The notes beneath the pieces were generated by a model that made no database searches, had not been told where the DNA came from, and saw nothing but the letters and a program-made list of their open reading frames with translations. 64,000 nucleotides of DNA from a virus (Duplodnaviria; Caudoviricetes), in IMG/VR virus record IMGVR_UViG_3300015214_000029, positions 1 to 64,000 of that record; one strand, given 5' to 3'. Numbering within the stretch: the first letter of the stretch is position 1; each line of letters begins with the position of its first letter. This document shows, piece by piece, positions 1 to 10,065 of this stretch. The translations under genes were made by a program, and so were the position numbers.

Positions 1-60
1 CCCGAAGGAATGATTTTAACCTGACTCAAGCCCTGTGTATACTGTTAGCGAGGCTGTGAG

Positions 61-579
61 ATGCCGCCAGTTTACCTGCGCATAGAACCTATCCGGCTCA
101 AGCCTGCCCAGCGGTTGGATAACCGTTATAAGGTTTTTGAAAAGGAGATGATCCTGGTTCTGAAGGCAGTAGCTAGGGTGGTCCAGCGCGAGATGGAGCG
201 GGCGCAGGGTAAGTGGGACCACAAAGTTACTATCCGGGTTCGGGCCAAGCAGACCCCGCGCCAGTATCGGATTGATATTGGGCCGTTCGGTCACAACAAG
301 CGGTACTGGATCTTTGTCTCAGCGGGAATAGCGGGGCGATATATCGCTCCCAAGCGGTACGGGTACCTGAACATTAAGAAGGGGTATCTGGCCCACACCA
401 GCCCGATGGGTAACTGGCACGGATCGGGTACCTATCGAGGACCGTTTTACCGGGTACGAAGGCCCGTGTGGTGGCCCGGCATTGAGGCGCGTAATTTTGA
501 GCACCTGATCATTAAGTGGCATGAGAAGCACATCATTGCCGCAGTGATGGCTACGGTGTTCCGGCACTTTCGGAGTTGA
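61..579 (+). CDS. Putative virion neck/head-tail protein (HK97 gp10-like)
   Basis: 172-aa basic ORF at the head of the structural operon; C-terminal 'WWPGIEARNF' resembles the gp10-like 'PG..xPF' signature. Confidence 0.4.
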   Translation: MPPVYLRIEPIRLKPAQRLDNRYKVFEKEMILVLKAVARVVQREMERAQGKWDHKVTIRVRAKQTPRQYRIDIGPFGHNKRYWIFVSAGIAGRYIAPKRYGYLNIKKGYLAHTSPMGNWHGSGTYRGPFYRVRRPVWWPGIEARNFEHLIIKWHEKHIIAAVMATVFRHFRS

Positions 580-598
580 TAGAAAGGACCATGTTGAC

Positions 599-2071
599 AT
601 GGCTGGGAGTTTACTGAGCGCCGTGCGGCAGAAGATCGAACAGATCTTGGATCGTGTGGCACAGGATAAGGAGATGGGTCCTGAAGGCCCACGCATCCGC
701 ATGGGTGACTGGCTGACAGCACAGGCCAACATGGACCTGAACAACACGCTCGACTGGCTGCTGATGGACGGTTATCTGACAGCCGACGAGCGGACAGCAA
801 TGAGTCCCGGGGTGCAGGCCGCAGTCGAGGCGTTCATGAGCGCGATCCCGGATGAGGTCAAGTCTCGCCGCATGGACTACTGGAATGCCGATCCCGCCGA
901 CTTCCTCGACCTGGAGAAGAGCGATTACATGTTCCTGCGCACCAAGAGCGGGGATATGTGGTTCTTCGGCATGTACTCCAACAAGTATGTGGACGAGGTG
1001 GGCGACATCATCTCCGAGGCGGCGCACGAAGAATATGCACAGTGGGTCAAGGACAGTGGGTTCAAGCCCGCCATCATCTTGAACCACGTTCCGCGTATGG
1101 AAGGCCCGTTCTGGGTCAAGGCGATGGCCCGCTACGAGAACCAGCCTGACCTGCTCAATGTCCTGGTCGAGACCGTCTTTGCAGAGACGATGATTGCTCG
1201 GGCAGAGCGGGTGGTGGTGTGGCATGGGTTCACCTTCGTCATCGGCAAGGTCTTGCCGGGGCGTGAGGAACTGGCTGAGAAGGCAGCAGCAGCCGGGGAA
1301 GGGCGTATGAGTCACGGATTCATCGCCTTTTACGAGGACGATTTTAGCGAGTCTGAATCGTCTGTTAATATTATCGGTAAGTATCGTAGCTTTGAGATGT
1401 CCCTGCTCGTGGGCAAGCAGCCCGCTAACAGGGTGACACAGGCAATTCTATTAGGAGAGAAGGCGATGCCAGCAAAGCTGTCTGACGATGATCGCGATTT
1501 TCTCAGCCAGTTCTTCTCCGACACGGAGATCGCTTCGATGGAAGAGCGGCTGGGCGGTGGCGAACAGATCCTTGATGCGGTTCTGGATCATAAGGATCTG
1601 GAAGATGGCGGCGAAGAGCAGCTTGCGGAAGAGCCGGAAGTAGAACCGGCTGAGGAACCGGTGACAGAACCGGTGGTTGAGGAACCGGTTGCAGAACCGG
1701 AGCCTGAAGCCGAGGTCACCCCGCTGGCTGCACCTGACATGTTCAGGGAGATCGTCGCGGCACTCAATCTCGACCAGTTGCAGGGGATCATCAAGGGGCT
1801 GACCGAGCAGGTAGCGGCGCTCAATGAGAAGGTCGCCCGGCTGGATGAGCTTGAGGCAGAGGTGAAGGAACTGCGCAAGGACGAGGATACTCGGATTGCC
1901 GAGATGTTCTTGCCGCAGTTCAACTGGGGCGGCGGCTATGAGGCGTCCCGGGCAACGGAGACGGTGATGGACAAGACAGAGGCGGAAGAGATCCCGGGTC
2001 CCGAGGGCGTCGAAGAGGCGTCCGACAAGGAGAACCCGCTGGCCTTCGCCTTCTACAACTGGCTTGGCTAA
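599..2071 (+). CDS. Prohead protease fused to a C-terminal scaffolding domain
   Basis: Immediately upstream of the capsid gene; 'SNKYVDEVGDII', 'MSHGF' and 'FEMSLL' match HK97-type protease blocks; acidic Glu/Pro-rich linker and coiled-coil C-terminus. Confidence 0.65.
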   Translation: MAGSLLSAVRQKIEQILDRVAQDKEMGPEGPRIRMGDWLTAQANMDLNNTLDWLLMDGYLTADERTAMSPGVQAAVEAFMSAIPDEVKSRRMDYWNADPADFLDLEKSDYMFLRTKSGDMWFFGMYSNKYVDEVGDIISEAAHEEYAQWVKDSGFKPAIILNHVPRMEGPFWVKAMARYENQPDLLNVLVETVFAETMIARAERVVVWHGFTFVIGKVLPGREELAEKAAAAGEGRMSHGFIAFYEDDFSESESSVNIIGKYRSFEMSLLVGKQPANRVTQAILLGEKAMPAKLSDDDRDFLSQFFSDTEIASMEERLGGGEQILDAVLDHKDLEDGGEEQLAEEPEVEPAEEPVTEPVVEEPVAEPEPEAEVTPLAAPDMFREIVAALNLDQLQGIIKGLTEQVAALNEKVARLDELEAEVKELRKDEDTRIAEMFLPQFNWGGGYEASRATETVMDKTEAEEIPGPEGVEEASDKENPLAFAFYNWLG

Positions 2072-2093
2072 ATATCTTAACGGGGGTTGAGAC

Positions 2094-3551
2094 ATGAACG
2101 ACTTTCTTGATCTTCTGGCGGCTGAAGTCCAGAAGAAAATGAGGCAAGGCCAGGTCAATTTTCGACATGACCTTTCCACCATCGACCTGAGCACCAACTT
2201 CATGCACGGACCAACCGGCATCTTTGGTGCGCCGGGCATCGAGCGGGACATTTTCGCCACTCGCGTGAAACCACGCGGCCTGATGAATGTGCTCCCGGCA
2301 AGGCCGACCGTCACCATGAACCCGGTGGTGGGCTACCTCACCGGCTTCACCGATGGTGAGACCGGCGAGGAGAAGGATGGGGTCTGCGAGACTCCACTGG
2401 CGGCTGGACAGATCAAGTCCTGCTTGCAGGGTGCGATCTTCGGTCGCATCGAGCGCAAGACCGAGCAGATTGAACTGAACAGCATCGGGCGCATCAACAA
2501 CCGCAGCGAGATGTTTGACCTGCAAGTGGTCAACGACCCGCTGCTGGAAGACAGCTTTGGAATGCCGTCCAGCATCCCGAAGGCTGCGCGGGATGTGCTG
2601 AACCGGGAAGTGCTTGCCAAGTGGATGGCCCTGGGCGTCGCCTTCGAGCGCAAGCTGGGTCCCCTGGTCTACACGGCTAACCCGGCGAACAACACGGGCG
2701 GCGGCGGCTACCAGGAGTTCTGGGGACTTGAGAACCTGGTCGGCACCGGCAAGGTTGATGTCATCACGGGCAACGTCTGTACGGCTCTGGACTCGCTGGT
2801 TCGAGACGCGAACTACCAGAACGTGGCGGGCGACATCAACTACTACGTGATCCTGCTCACTGCCATCTACCGCTATATGCAGGACGTGGCCTCGCGCACG
2901 GGCCTGGACCCGGTACAGTGGGTCTTCGTCATGCGGCGCGGCCTGTTCGATGAACTGGCGGATAGCTGGCCCTACAGCTATGCGACCCATCGTGCCGAGT
3001 CCTCGGCTGTCCACGACGCGGACATTACCCGTGTCCTGGTGGATGCCCGGGCGGAGCGTGAACTGGCGAACGCAATGCGCCAGGGCAAGTACCTGCTCAT
3101 CGACGGTCAGCAGATCCCGGTGATCATTGACGACTTCATTCCCGAGGACACTAGCACCAACAATGCTTCGGTGCCCGAGGGTGCGATGGCGTCGGACATC
3201 TACCTGCTCCCGCTCACGGTTCGCGGCAGCATCGTCAGCACCTACTTCGAGTATTTCGACTTCTCGCAGGGTGTGATGCAGGGCATCAATGATGGTAAGC
3301 TGAACAGCGAGTTCTGGTCGGACGGTGGTCGCTGGCTCTGGACCTTCCACCGCACCGGCTGGTGCGTCGAGTGGTGGGCCAAGATCGAGCCGCGTCTGCG
3401 CCTGCTCACGCCGCACCTCGCGGCCCGCATCCAGAACGTGCTCTACTCGCCGCTGATCCACTCGCGCGAGGACGACCCGCTCAGCGCCTACTTCTTTGAT
3501 GGTGGCGTGACGACTCGCAGCAACGCGCCCTATGACGCAAGCGACTTCTAA
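2094..3551 (+). CDS. Major capsid protein
   Basis: 485 aa, follows protease/scaffold, strongly biased codon usage, followed by a terminator hairpin. Confidence 0.7.
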   Translation: MNDFLDLLAAEVQKKMRQGQVNFRHDLSTIDLSTNFMHGPTGIFGAPGIERDIFATRVKPRGLMNVLPARPTVTMNPVVGYLTGFTDGETGEEKDGVCETPLAAGQIKSCLQGAIFGRIERKTEQIELNSIGRINNRSEMFDLQVVNDPLLEDSFGMPSSIPKAARDVLNREVLAKWMALGVAFERKLGPLVYTANPANNTGGGGYQEFWGLENLVGTGKVDVITGNVCTALDSLVRDANYQNVAGDINYYVILLTAIYRYMQDVASRTGLDPVQWVFVMRRGLFDELADSWPYSYATHRAESSAVHDADITRVLVDARAERELANAMRQGKYLLIDGQQIPVIIDDFIPEDTSTNNASVPEGAMASDIYLLPLTVRGSIVSTYFEYFDFSQGVMQGINDGKLNSEFWSDGGRWLWTFHRTGWCVEWWAKIEPRLRLLTPHLAARIQNVLYSPLIHSREDDPLSAYFFDGGVTTRSNAPYDASDF

Positions 3552-3577
3552 GTCTGAAGTCGGCATGACGAGCCCGA

Positions 3578-3612
3578 GGGGGTGGGTGGAGAAGACCGCC
3601 CACCCCCCTTTA
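3578..3612 (+). terminator. Rho-independent terminator after the capsid gene
   Basis: GGGGGTGGGTGG-agaaga-CCGCCCACCCCC hairpin followed by TTT. Confidence 0.7.
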
Positions 3613-3634
3613 TATGTAACCGGGAGCGATCCTC

Positions 3635-6600
3635 GTGGCTGTCCTCTACAAGCTGAACTGTGGTAATACTTACCCAGCTACCGGCTGGTCTTCGGATCTG
3701 CCCTATCTGATTAAGGGCGACGACATCTACTCCACTGTTACGGTCCAGGACAACTCGGCGGTTCCCGAGTGTCCGACCGAGGTGTTGCAGGATCATCGCT
3801 GGGCGGCATCAGAGGACGACCCGCTCACCTACCAGTTTGATGTGTCGGGCTACGTGACCGTTGACCTGACTCTCTATTTTTCTGAGATCTACCATACAGC
3901 TACCGGGGCGGGTTGGCGTTACTTCGACATCTACATCAACAGCGCCCTGGTCACCAGTAATTATGACGTGGCGGATGAGGCTGGGGGGCTGCATACCGGG
4001 GTCAAGCTGACCTTTACCGACATTGATGCATCCTCGGGCACCCTTACCTTAGAGCTTGCTCGCCAACTGCGGGCTCCGATGGTGAGCGGCATCGTCATCG
4101 AGGGGGATACTAGCACGGCGACCCCTAAGTCGGTCAGCGGTACTCTCACCACCAGCGGAACAGTGGCCCGCAGCTTTATTGACGGCGAGCCCCCGCCTGA
4201 CCCTTCGGGCGGCATCCACTGGCGCTCGTCGGCGGCAGGCTTACGCAGCTACCTGGAATCCATTCCCCCCAACAAGTGGCTGGTGGGCCAGTTCCCGCTG
4301 TACGGTACCGGTAACACCGTAACGTCATCCAACAATATGCTGGAGGAGATTTACTCAAATACCGGTTACCATGTCGCAATGACTGGTGCGGACCTGGGGG
4401 CTTACTCTGCATCCAAGCAGCAAGTCATTGACTGGCTGATCGACAAGTGGGGTGAGGGGTATATCGTCACCCTCTCTTACCACATGAAGAACCCGTACAC
4501 GGGCGGCAGTTCTTCTAGCATGGACCTGGGCGGCATGACTCTGGCCCAGTTGCGGACCTACCAGCCCTACCTGAATATCATTGACGAGGCGGCGGGCTAC
4601 CTTCAGCAACTCCACAACGCCGGGGTGAAGGTCATCTGGCGACCCTTCCACGAGATGAACGGTGGCTGGTTCTGGTGGTTTGGGAGCGGGCGTACCAGCG
4701 CTAACTACAACAACTTCCGGCTGCTGTGGCAGCACATGTACGACCGCTTTACCAATACCTTCGGACTGACGGAGATGTTGTGGGCCTTCTCCCCCAACCG
4801 GCCCTACGACCAGTATCGTGCCGACATCCCGAATTGGTACCCGGGGCATGATTATGTAGACATTGTCTCGACTGACTACTATGGGGCGTACTACAACAAC
4901 CCGCTGGATATTGAGGGGTATGCAACAGGCTACCAGTGGTTGGTGGATACCGGCAAGCCGTACTTGATGTTGGAGTTTGGTCCACGCAACACCGGACCGT
5001 CCGAGATCTACCCCAACACCTATGACACGATGCGGCTGGTCAATGACTTGGAAGACTACTACCCGCTGGTCAAGGGTGTCATGTTCTGGGAGTGGGTGTG
5101 GTCGCTGACCCATCCCTCACAGTCCAATGTCCCGGCGATGATGGCGCATCCCAACACCATCACGCGCGAGGATCTGCCGACTGAACTGGGTGTCGCCTAC
5201 AGCAAGAGCGTCAGCGACGCGTTGACTTTGAATGGGGCGGTGACCCGGAGCCACATCGAGCCGGTAGTTACCCCCAAGTCTGTCTCGGGCGGGCTTGACC
5301 TGAGCGGCGCGGTGAGCACCTTCGCCATATCCGCCCCAACGCCACAGGCTGCTGCCGGGGCGCTCAGCTTCAGCGGGGCTTTGAGCACCTTGCTGGTCCT
5401 GGCTCCCCTGCCTCAGCCCGCTGCGGGCGAGCTTGACCTGTCGGGTACGGTAGCAACCGAGGTTACCTACGCGCCGAAGGTAGATTTCGCCTTCCACGAG
5501 GACTTCGAGCCCGTAGGCTACCGGCAGTCCGGCTGGTCGAAGTCTGTAACGGGCGCGGCTATCTTGAACGAGGATTACGACACGACTCCCCTGGGAGAGA
5601 TCACCTCTCACTTCGGAAACCAGTGTCTCTACATCTACCGGCCCGCAACAGGTGGCGGGGCGATTACCCGCAACACGCTCAGCAGTGGGGCAGCAGTAAG
5701 CTACTGGCGGTTCGAGGTGATTGTTGGCAGCATTGCAGGGTTGCCAACTAATAACCCAATGATGATTGCCCAGGTAGACTCCAGCAGCCTAACCCCGGCC
5801 TTTGACCTGTTAGTCTATCATGGGGGTAATGGCAACCCCATCTTCCAGTTGACGGCGTTCGGGGTGGATGGGGTCACTAAGTATTACAATGCCCCGGTGG
5901 GCTCGCTCAACCGGCGGTATACCATCGAGGTCAAGTGGGACCGGGCCGCCAACGAGTTCGAGTGGCGTATTGATGGGAATACCCGCAATACGGGCACCAT
6001 TACCGGAGCAGCCCTCAATACCGCACGGGTGTCTCTGGGTGTTGAGTCGTGGCTGACAGCCCCCAGCCAGCCGGTCTACTACTACGTAGACAACGTCACG
6101 CTTCACGAGGCGGGCTGGCCCAGCGAGGTAACTGCCCCGAGCGGGGTTGCCCAATCAACGGGAGGTGTACTTAACCTCTCAGGTGCGCTGACGGCTGAAC
6201 TCACCGATACCCTGACTTATAACCAGGCGCTCGGGGGCTCGACCGGCTTTGCCGGTATCCTGCGCCGCACCTACCTGCCGGGCGGGGCTACTCCCCCGGA
6301 TAAGGGGGATGAAGAGCCTGATCCCGTACAGGGCGCAACTGCCTACTATGAGGTCTTCCTGTACCCGGCACAGGGTCCGACTGAGCCCTTCATCCTGGGC
6401 TCGGCTACCCTGGGGACTGCCGTGCTGGATGGGGAATACTATACCAACCATGATCTGACCCGGCTGGAAGACTGGACGTACCTGTCGTTCACCCAGAAGT
6501 TGAACGACTCGAACTTCCACCAGATCCGCTTCGACCTGTCGCCGCTCGACCCGAAGACTGAGTTCCTGCGGGAGATGGTTGGGACGGACAACATCATCGA

Positions 6601-7561
6601 GATCTGGCGCTATGATCTGATCACCGGGGTCCGGAAGAAGGTCTACGAGGGCTTCAACCGCACCATCGTAGACCAGGCGCGGGTGACCGGCACTCTCATC
6701 TTCAACCTGTACGGTTCGGGTTATACTGAACTGCTCAAGCGTCGCCAGGTGGTGCCCCCCATCGGGCTGGAAGCAGAAGAGCACGAGGGACCGGCTGAGA
6801 CGGTCGCCAAGCAGTTCGTGTGGAACAACATGTTCTCGCCCCAGTATGTGCGGCGGGCGGTGAAGGGTCTGGAGATCGAGCCCGATCTCGCGCGGGGGAA
6901 CACGGTCAGTTTCCGCTACCGCTATGTCAACCTGTTTACCGTGATCACCAACTGCGCGGAGCAGGGAGATATCGACTTCGGGATCGTAGCCGGACCGGAG
7001 AAGGGCCAGTACGTTTTTGAGGCCCGCCCGCTGTGGGGCTCCGACCGTCGCCAGTTCAACCCCGAGGGCAACCCGCCCACCATCTTCTCGCTGGACCTGG
7101 GCAACATGTCCATCCCCATCAACTCGGAGAACACCTCGGAAGAGGTCAACGCCCTCTTCGTGGGCGGGGTTGGGGATGGGGTGGCCCGGCTCATCCGTGA
7201 AGTGGCTTACACTGAGCGGGTCGAAGCATCGCCCTGGAACCGGCGTGAGGGGTTCTATGACGTGCAGGATGGGGACACGGTTGAGATCCTGCGGTCTGAG
7301 GGAGCGAAGGAACTGATGGCGCGGCGGGCGGAAGATACACTCACCTTCAACGTCCTGGAGACTGCCAGTTGTCGTTGGCTGGTTCACTGGGAGTTGGGCG
7401 ACCTGGTCACCGCTTTCTACGCGGGCAAGCGGTTTGACAAGCAGATCAAGGAAGTGTCGGTGACGGTTACCGGGGCCGGTGAATCCCAGCGCGAGGTCAT
7501 CAACGCCGAACTGGACGACTACACACCCCCCTGGGTTGAGTTGGATGTAGAGGTGCTTTAG
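3635..7561 (+). CDS. Multidomain tail protein: malectin + GH26 glycoside hydrolase + LamG-like beta-sandwich + ReqiPepy6 Gp37-like (Tal-like) C-terminus
   Basis: Malectin blocks 'LYKLNCG', 'LYFSEIY', 'RYFDIYIN'; GH26 'VIWRPFHEMNGGWFWW' (acid/base Glu) and 'KPYLMLEFGP' (nucleophile Glu); Gp37-like 'NALFVGGVGDGVAR..RREGFYD..WELGDLVT'. Confidence 0.8.
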   Translation: MAVLYKLNCGNTYPATGWSSDLPYLIKGDDIYSTVTVQDNSAVPECPTEVLQDHRWAASEDDPLTYQFDVSGYVTVDLTLYFSEIYHTATGAGWRYFDIYINSALVTSNYDVADEAGGLHTGVKLTFTDIDASSGTLTLELARQLRAPMVSGIVIEGDTSTATPKSVSGTLTTSGTVARSFIDGEPPPDPSGGIHWRSSAAGLRSYLESIPPNKWLVGQFPLYGTGNTVTSSNNMLEEIYSNTGYHVAMTGADLGAYSASKQQVIDWLIDKWGEGYIVTLSYHMKNPYTGGSSSSMDLGGMTLAQLRTYQPYLNIIDEAAGYLQQLHNAGVKVIWRPFHEMNGGWFWWFGSGRTSANYNNFRLLWQHMYDRFTNTFGLTEMLWAFSPNRPYDQYRADIPNWYPGHDYVDIVSTDYYGAYYNNPLDIEGYATGYQWLVDTGKPYLMLEFGPRNTGPSEIYPNTYDTMRLVNDLEDYYPLVKGVMFWEWVWSLTHPSQSNVPAMMAHPNTITREDLPTELGVAYSKSVSDALTLNGAVTRSHIEPVVTPKSVSGGLDLSGAVSTFAISAPTPQAAAGALSFSGALSTLLVLAPLPQPAAGELDLSGTVATEVTYAPKVDFAFHEDFEPVGYRQSGWSKSVTGAAILNEDYDTTPLGEITSHFGNQCLYIYRPATGGGAITRNTLSSGAAVSYWRFEVIVGSIAGLPTNNPMMIAQVDSSSLTPAFDLLVYHGGNGNPIFQLTAFGVDGVTKYYNAPVGSLNRRYTIEVKWDRAANEFEWRIDGNTRNTGTITGAALNTARVSLGVESWLTAPSQPVYYYVDNVTLHEAGWPSEVTAPSGVAQSTGGVLNLSGALTAELTDTLTYNQALGGSTGFAGILRRTYLPGGATPPDKGDEEPDPVQGATAYYEVFLYPAQGPTEPFILGSATLGTAVLDGEYYTNHDLTRLEDWTYLSFTQKLNDSNFHQIRFDLSPLDPKTEFLREMVGTDNIIEIWRYDLITGVRKKVYEGFNRTIVDQARVTGTLIFNLYGSGYTELLKRRQVVPPIGLEAEEHEGPAETVAKQFVWNNMFSPQYVRRAVKGLEIEPDLARGNTVSFRYRYVNLFTVITNCAEQGDIDFGIVAGPEKGQYVFEARPLWGSDRRQFNPEGNPPTIFSLDLGNMSIPINSENTSEEVNALFVGGVGDGVARLIREVAYTERVEASPWNRREGFYDVQDGDTVEILRSEGAKELMARRAEDTLTFNVLETASCRWLVHWELGDLVTAFYAGKRFDKQIKEVSVTVTGAGESQREVINAELDDYTPPWVELDVEVL

Positions 7562-7611
7562 TCCGGGGCGGGTTTCATGGTATAGTGAGTGAGACACAGG
7601 AGGTATGATAC

Positions 7612-8529
7612 ATGGTTTGGGTTACACCTTCACTGCGGGGTGTGGAAGAGATTACGCCCGCCATCTGGAATCAGGATGTGGTGGAGAACTCTATCTACCT
7701 GCACAATCTCCTGGGCGGGCACAATGCGGTCGGGGGGCGGCTGACGGCTGTCAGCGGCACACCTCTTGGGGACGTTGAGGGAGCGAGCACTCTCTTTTTC
7801 ACCCCGTACATTCACGACCGGGTCCCAACCTGGGATGGGAATCGCTGGATCGTGCGGCAGTTCACCCAGGTGTCGATGTCCCTGCATGGACACGATGCCA
7901 ACAGGAACTATGACGTGTTCCTGGTCTGGGATGGTGTGAACTACTCCATGACCGATGTCGTCTGGACCAACGATACGACACGCGCGGTTTCTTTCGCCCG
8001 TTCGGGCGGGATGTTGGTAGACTCTTTACATCCCGACCGGCTCTTCCTGGGTACCTTCCGCACGCGCGGTGATGTAGCAACCCAGACCAATGACTCTCCC
8101 GGCTTCCGTATGATTTCCAACTACTTTAACCGGAGGCCCCGCCCCCTGTCAGCTGTCCTGGCGAACTCGGCGGGGACGGTCTCACAGACGACTGCGGAGA
8201 TTGCGACTGGCTTCCGGGTTCACTACGTGTCCTGCCGCACCGATAACTTTCTGGACATCTCCTGGATGGGCAGCTTCTATGACAGCACCAGCCGGGCCAA
8301 TAACTATCAGATGCGGAACAACAACGAGAATATTAAGGCAGTGATTTATCTGGGGGATCAGTCTGGGGCAAGCTCCAATCATGGGGCTCCGGTCCACCTG
8401 CGCTATGCTGGAATGGCCCCCCTGGGCTGGGAGTACATTAAGATCTACGGCTCGGCCTCTGCCAGCAACAGCTTCAAGTGGCAGATTTACGGCACGCCCA
8501 CCGGCACTGTCGGGTATATCTGGGGGTGA
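7612..8529 (+). CDS. Minor tail / receptor-binding-type protein
   Basis: Follows the Tal-like gene; 'GRLTAVSGTP...TLFFTPY' tail-protein-like block; its stop codon lies inside the adjacent IS end. Confidence 0.5.
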   Translation: MVWVTPSLRGVEEITPAIWNQDVVENSIYLHNLLGGHNAVGGRLTAVSGTPLGDVEGASTLFFTPYIHDRVPTWDGNRWIVRQFTQVSMSLHGHDANRNYDVFLVWDGVNYSMTDVVWTNDTTRAVSFARSGGMLVDSLHPDRLFLGTFRTRGDVATQTNDSPGFRMISNYFNRRPRPLSAVLANSAGTVSQTTAEIATGFRVHYVSCRTDNFLDISWMGSFYDSTSRANNYQMRNNNENIKAVIYLGDQSGASSNHGAPVHLRYAGMAPLGWEYIKIYGSASASNSFKWQIYGTPTGTVGYIWG

Positions 8530-9777
8530 CTACTCTCCCCCCTGAAGAGGGGAGCTTTTAGGGGTCTAGCCCCACAGCCGATAGCCCTCGGCTGAGAATG
8601 TTCAAAGCGGCGTTTTGGTCGCGGTCCATGACGATGCCGCAGTGAGGACAATTATGCGTGCGAACCGACAGGTCTTTGCGGACAATCTCACCACAACCGG
8701 AACACAACTGCGTCGTGTTTCTGGGGTCAACCTGTGCAAAACCGCGCCCGGCTCCCTCCGCCTTGTACGCGGTGAACTGCACAAACTGCGCCCATGCCAC
8801 GTCCGCAATGCCCCGGTTGATGCTCTTGAAGTTGTCCTGCTGCATGTCGGCGATGTCCAGCTTCTCGAACGCGAGGAACTGGTATTCGTTCACGAGCCGT
8901 CTGCTCCACTGGTGAGCGAAGTCTCGGCGGCGGTTGGCGATGCGCTTATGCGCGTGCCGCAAAGCCCTGACCGCCTTACGTCGCTCCGGTGTCCCCTTTT
9001 CGAGGCGCGACACCCGGCGTTGCAGGCGTTTGAGGTCTTTCTCATCGCGCTGCACCCATCGCTGGCGGGGGATGCGCTCGCCGTTGCTCAGCACAGCGAA
9101 GGTCGTCAGGCCGAGGTCAACGCCCGCCACCCTGTCCGTTGGCGGCAGCAGGTCAGGTTCTACGATGCAGGAGAAGCAGGCGTACCAATTGCCGAGCGCG
9201 TCCCGCCGGATGGTCAGCGTTTTGCACTCACCCCGGAGCGGGCGATGCAGCCTGATCCGCACGTCACCGACCTTCGACAGGCGCACCCGCCCGTTGTCAA
9301 GGAAGCGCCAGTTGCCCTTCTCCTGCGGGTACGTAAAGCTGTCGTATCGGCGGTGCGACTTGAAGCGCGGGTATCCCGCCTTGCCGTTCTGTTCCTTCAC
9401 CCGCTGGAAGAAGGCGCGGAGTGCGAGGTCAGCCCGCTTCTGCGCTTCCTGCATGGCCTGTGCGTGGCCCTGCTGGAGCCACTCGGTTTCCGGCTCCCGC
9501 TTCCACTGGGTCAACAGCTTGTTCGTGTCATAGCGGGAAAGCGACCGCTGTTCGTCCTGCCACGCATCACGCCGGACTTCCAGCGTTTTGTTGTATACCC
9601 AGCGGCAAGCGTCAAGCTGGGCTTGCAGGGCGGTCCGCTGCGCGGCTGTCGGAAACAGGCGGTGCTTAAAGGTCATTCGCATATCCTAATTATACCCGAA
9701 TATCTACACAGCGCAACATGCTGTGTAGCCGCTATTCACCTCCCCACTAAAGTGGGGAGCACTCTAGCGGAGGTTCT
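8526..9777 (-). mobile_element. IS200/IS605-family element (IS1341-type, tnpB only), element A
   Basis: On the - strand: left end AGAACC..AGTG-CTCCCC-actttagt-GGGGAG, right end AAAG-CTCCCC..GGGGAG-AGTAGTCAC; target motif CTAC precedes the left end; no tnpA. Confidence 0.88.
8558..9682 (-). CDS. tnpB: TnpB RNA-guided endonuclease
   Basis: HTH_OrfB N-terminus 'FKHRLFPT', RuvC 'GVDLG', 'AFEKL' and 'DRDQNAALNI', Zn ribbon CSGC..CPHC; catalytic D/E/D intact. Confidence 0.95.
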   Translation of the reverse strand: MRMTFKHRLFPTAAQRTALQAQLDACRWVYNKTLEVRRDAWQDEQRSLSRYDTNKLLTQWKREPETEWLQQGHAQAMQEAQKRADLALRAFFQRVKEQNGKAGYPRFKSHRRYDSFTYPQEKGNWRFLDNGRVRLSKVGDVRIRLHRPLRGECKTLTIRRDALGNWYACFSCIVEPDLLPPTDRVAGVDLGLTTFAVLSNGERIPRQRWVQRDEKDLKRLQRRVSRLEKGTPERRKAVRALRHAHKRIANRRRDFAHQWSRRLVNEYQFLAFEKLDIADMQQDNFKSINRGIADVAWAQFVQFTAYKAEGAGRGFAQVDPRNTTQLCSGCGEIVRKDLSVRTHNCPHCGIVMDRDQNAALNILSRGLSAVGLDP

Positions 9778-9783
9778 GTAGAG

Positions 9784-10065
9784 ATGGAAGACACACGCGA
9801 ACTAGATCAGTTCGTCAAGCGGCTGGTAGGGGAACTTCAGAACCTACAGGAACGGCTGGCGAAGCTGGAAGCGGCAGGGGCGGGGCTGTCCTACCTGGGG
9901 GTGCTCACCGAGCGCGAGGGGGTGCTAACCTACGGGACGAACCCCAAGCGGATCTCCCTGCAACTGCGGGCGGCTCCGCCACTCGCTGCGGGGTATATTG
10001 AGTTTACGGCTCCGGGGCATGGGGCAGGGCCCCAATTTTACCTGGTACTGGAAGACGTGAGCTAG
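9784..10065 (+). CDS. Small hypothetical protein with N-terminal coiled coil (tail region)
   Basis: 93-aa ORF; in the reconstructed empty site it starts 2 nt after the stop of the 7612 gene. Confidence 0.5.
   Translation: MEDTRELDQFVKRLVGELQNLQERLAKLEAAGAGLSYLGVLTEREGVLTYGTNPKRISLQLRAAPPLAAGYIEFTAPGHGAGPQFYLVLEDVS

Noticed and set aside
1920-3566. Long antisense ORFs over capsid, tail, TMP and UvrD genes (e.g. 1920-3566, 6179-7597, 23734-24981, 54299-55909)
   Set aside because: Expected from high-GC codon bias on the opposite strand; no RBS or domain evidence
8615-9781. 388-aa + strand ORF and the similar 413-aa - strand ORF at 49026-50267
   Set aside because: Antisense shadows of the tnpB genes in GC-rich DNA; no independent motifs
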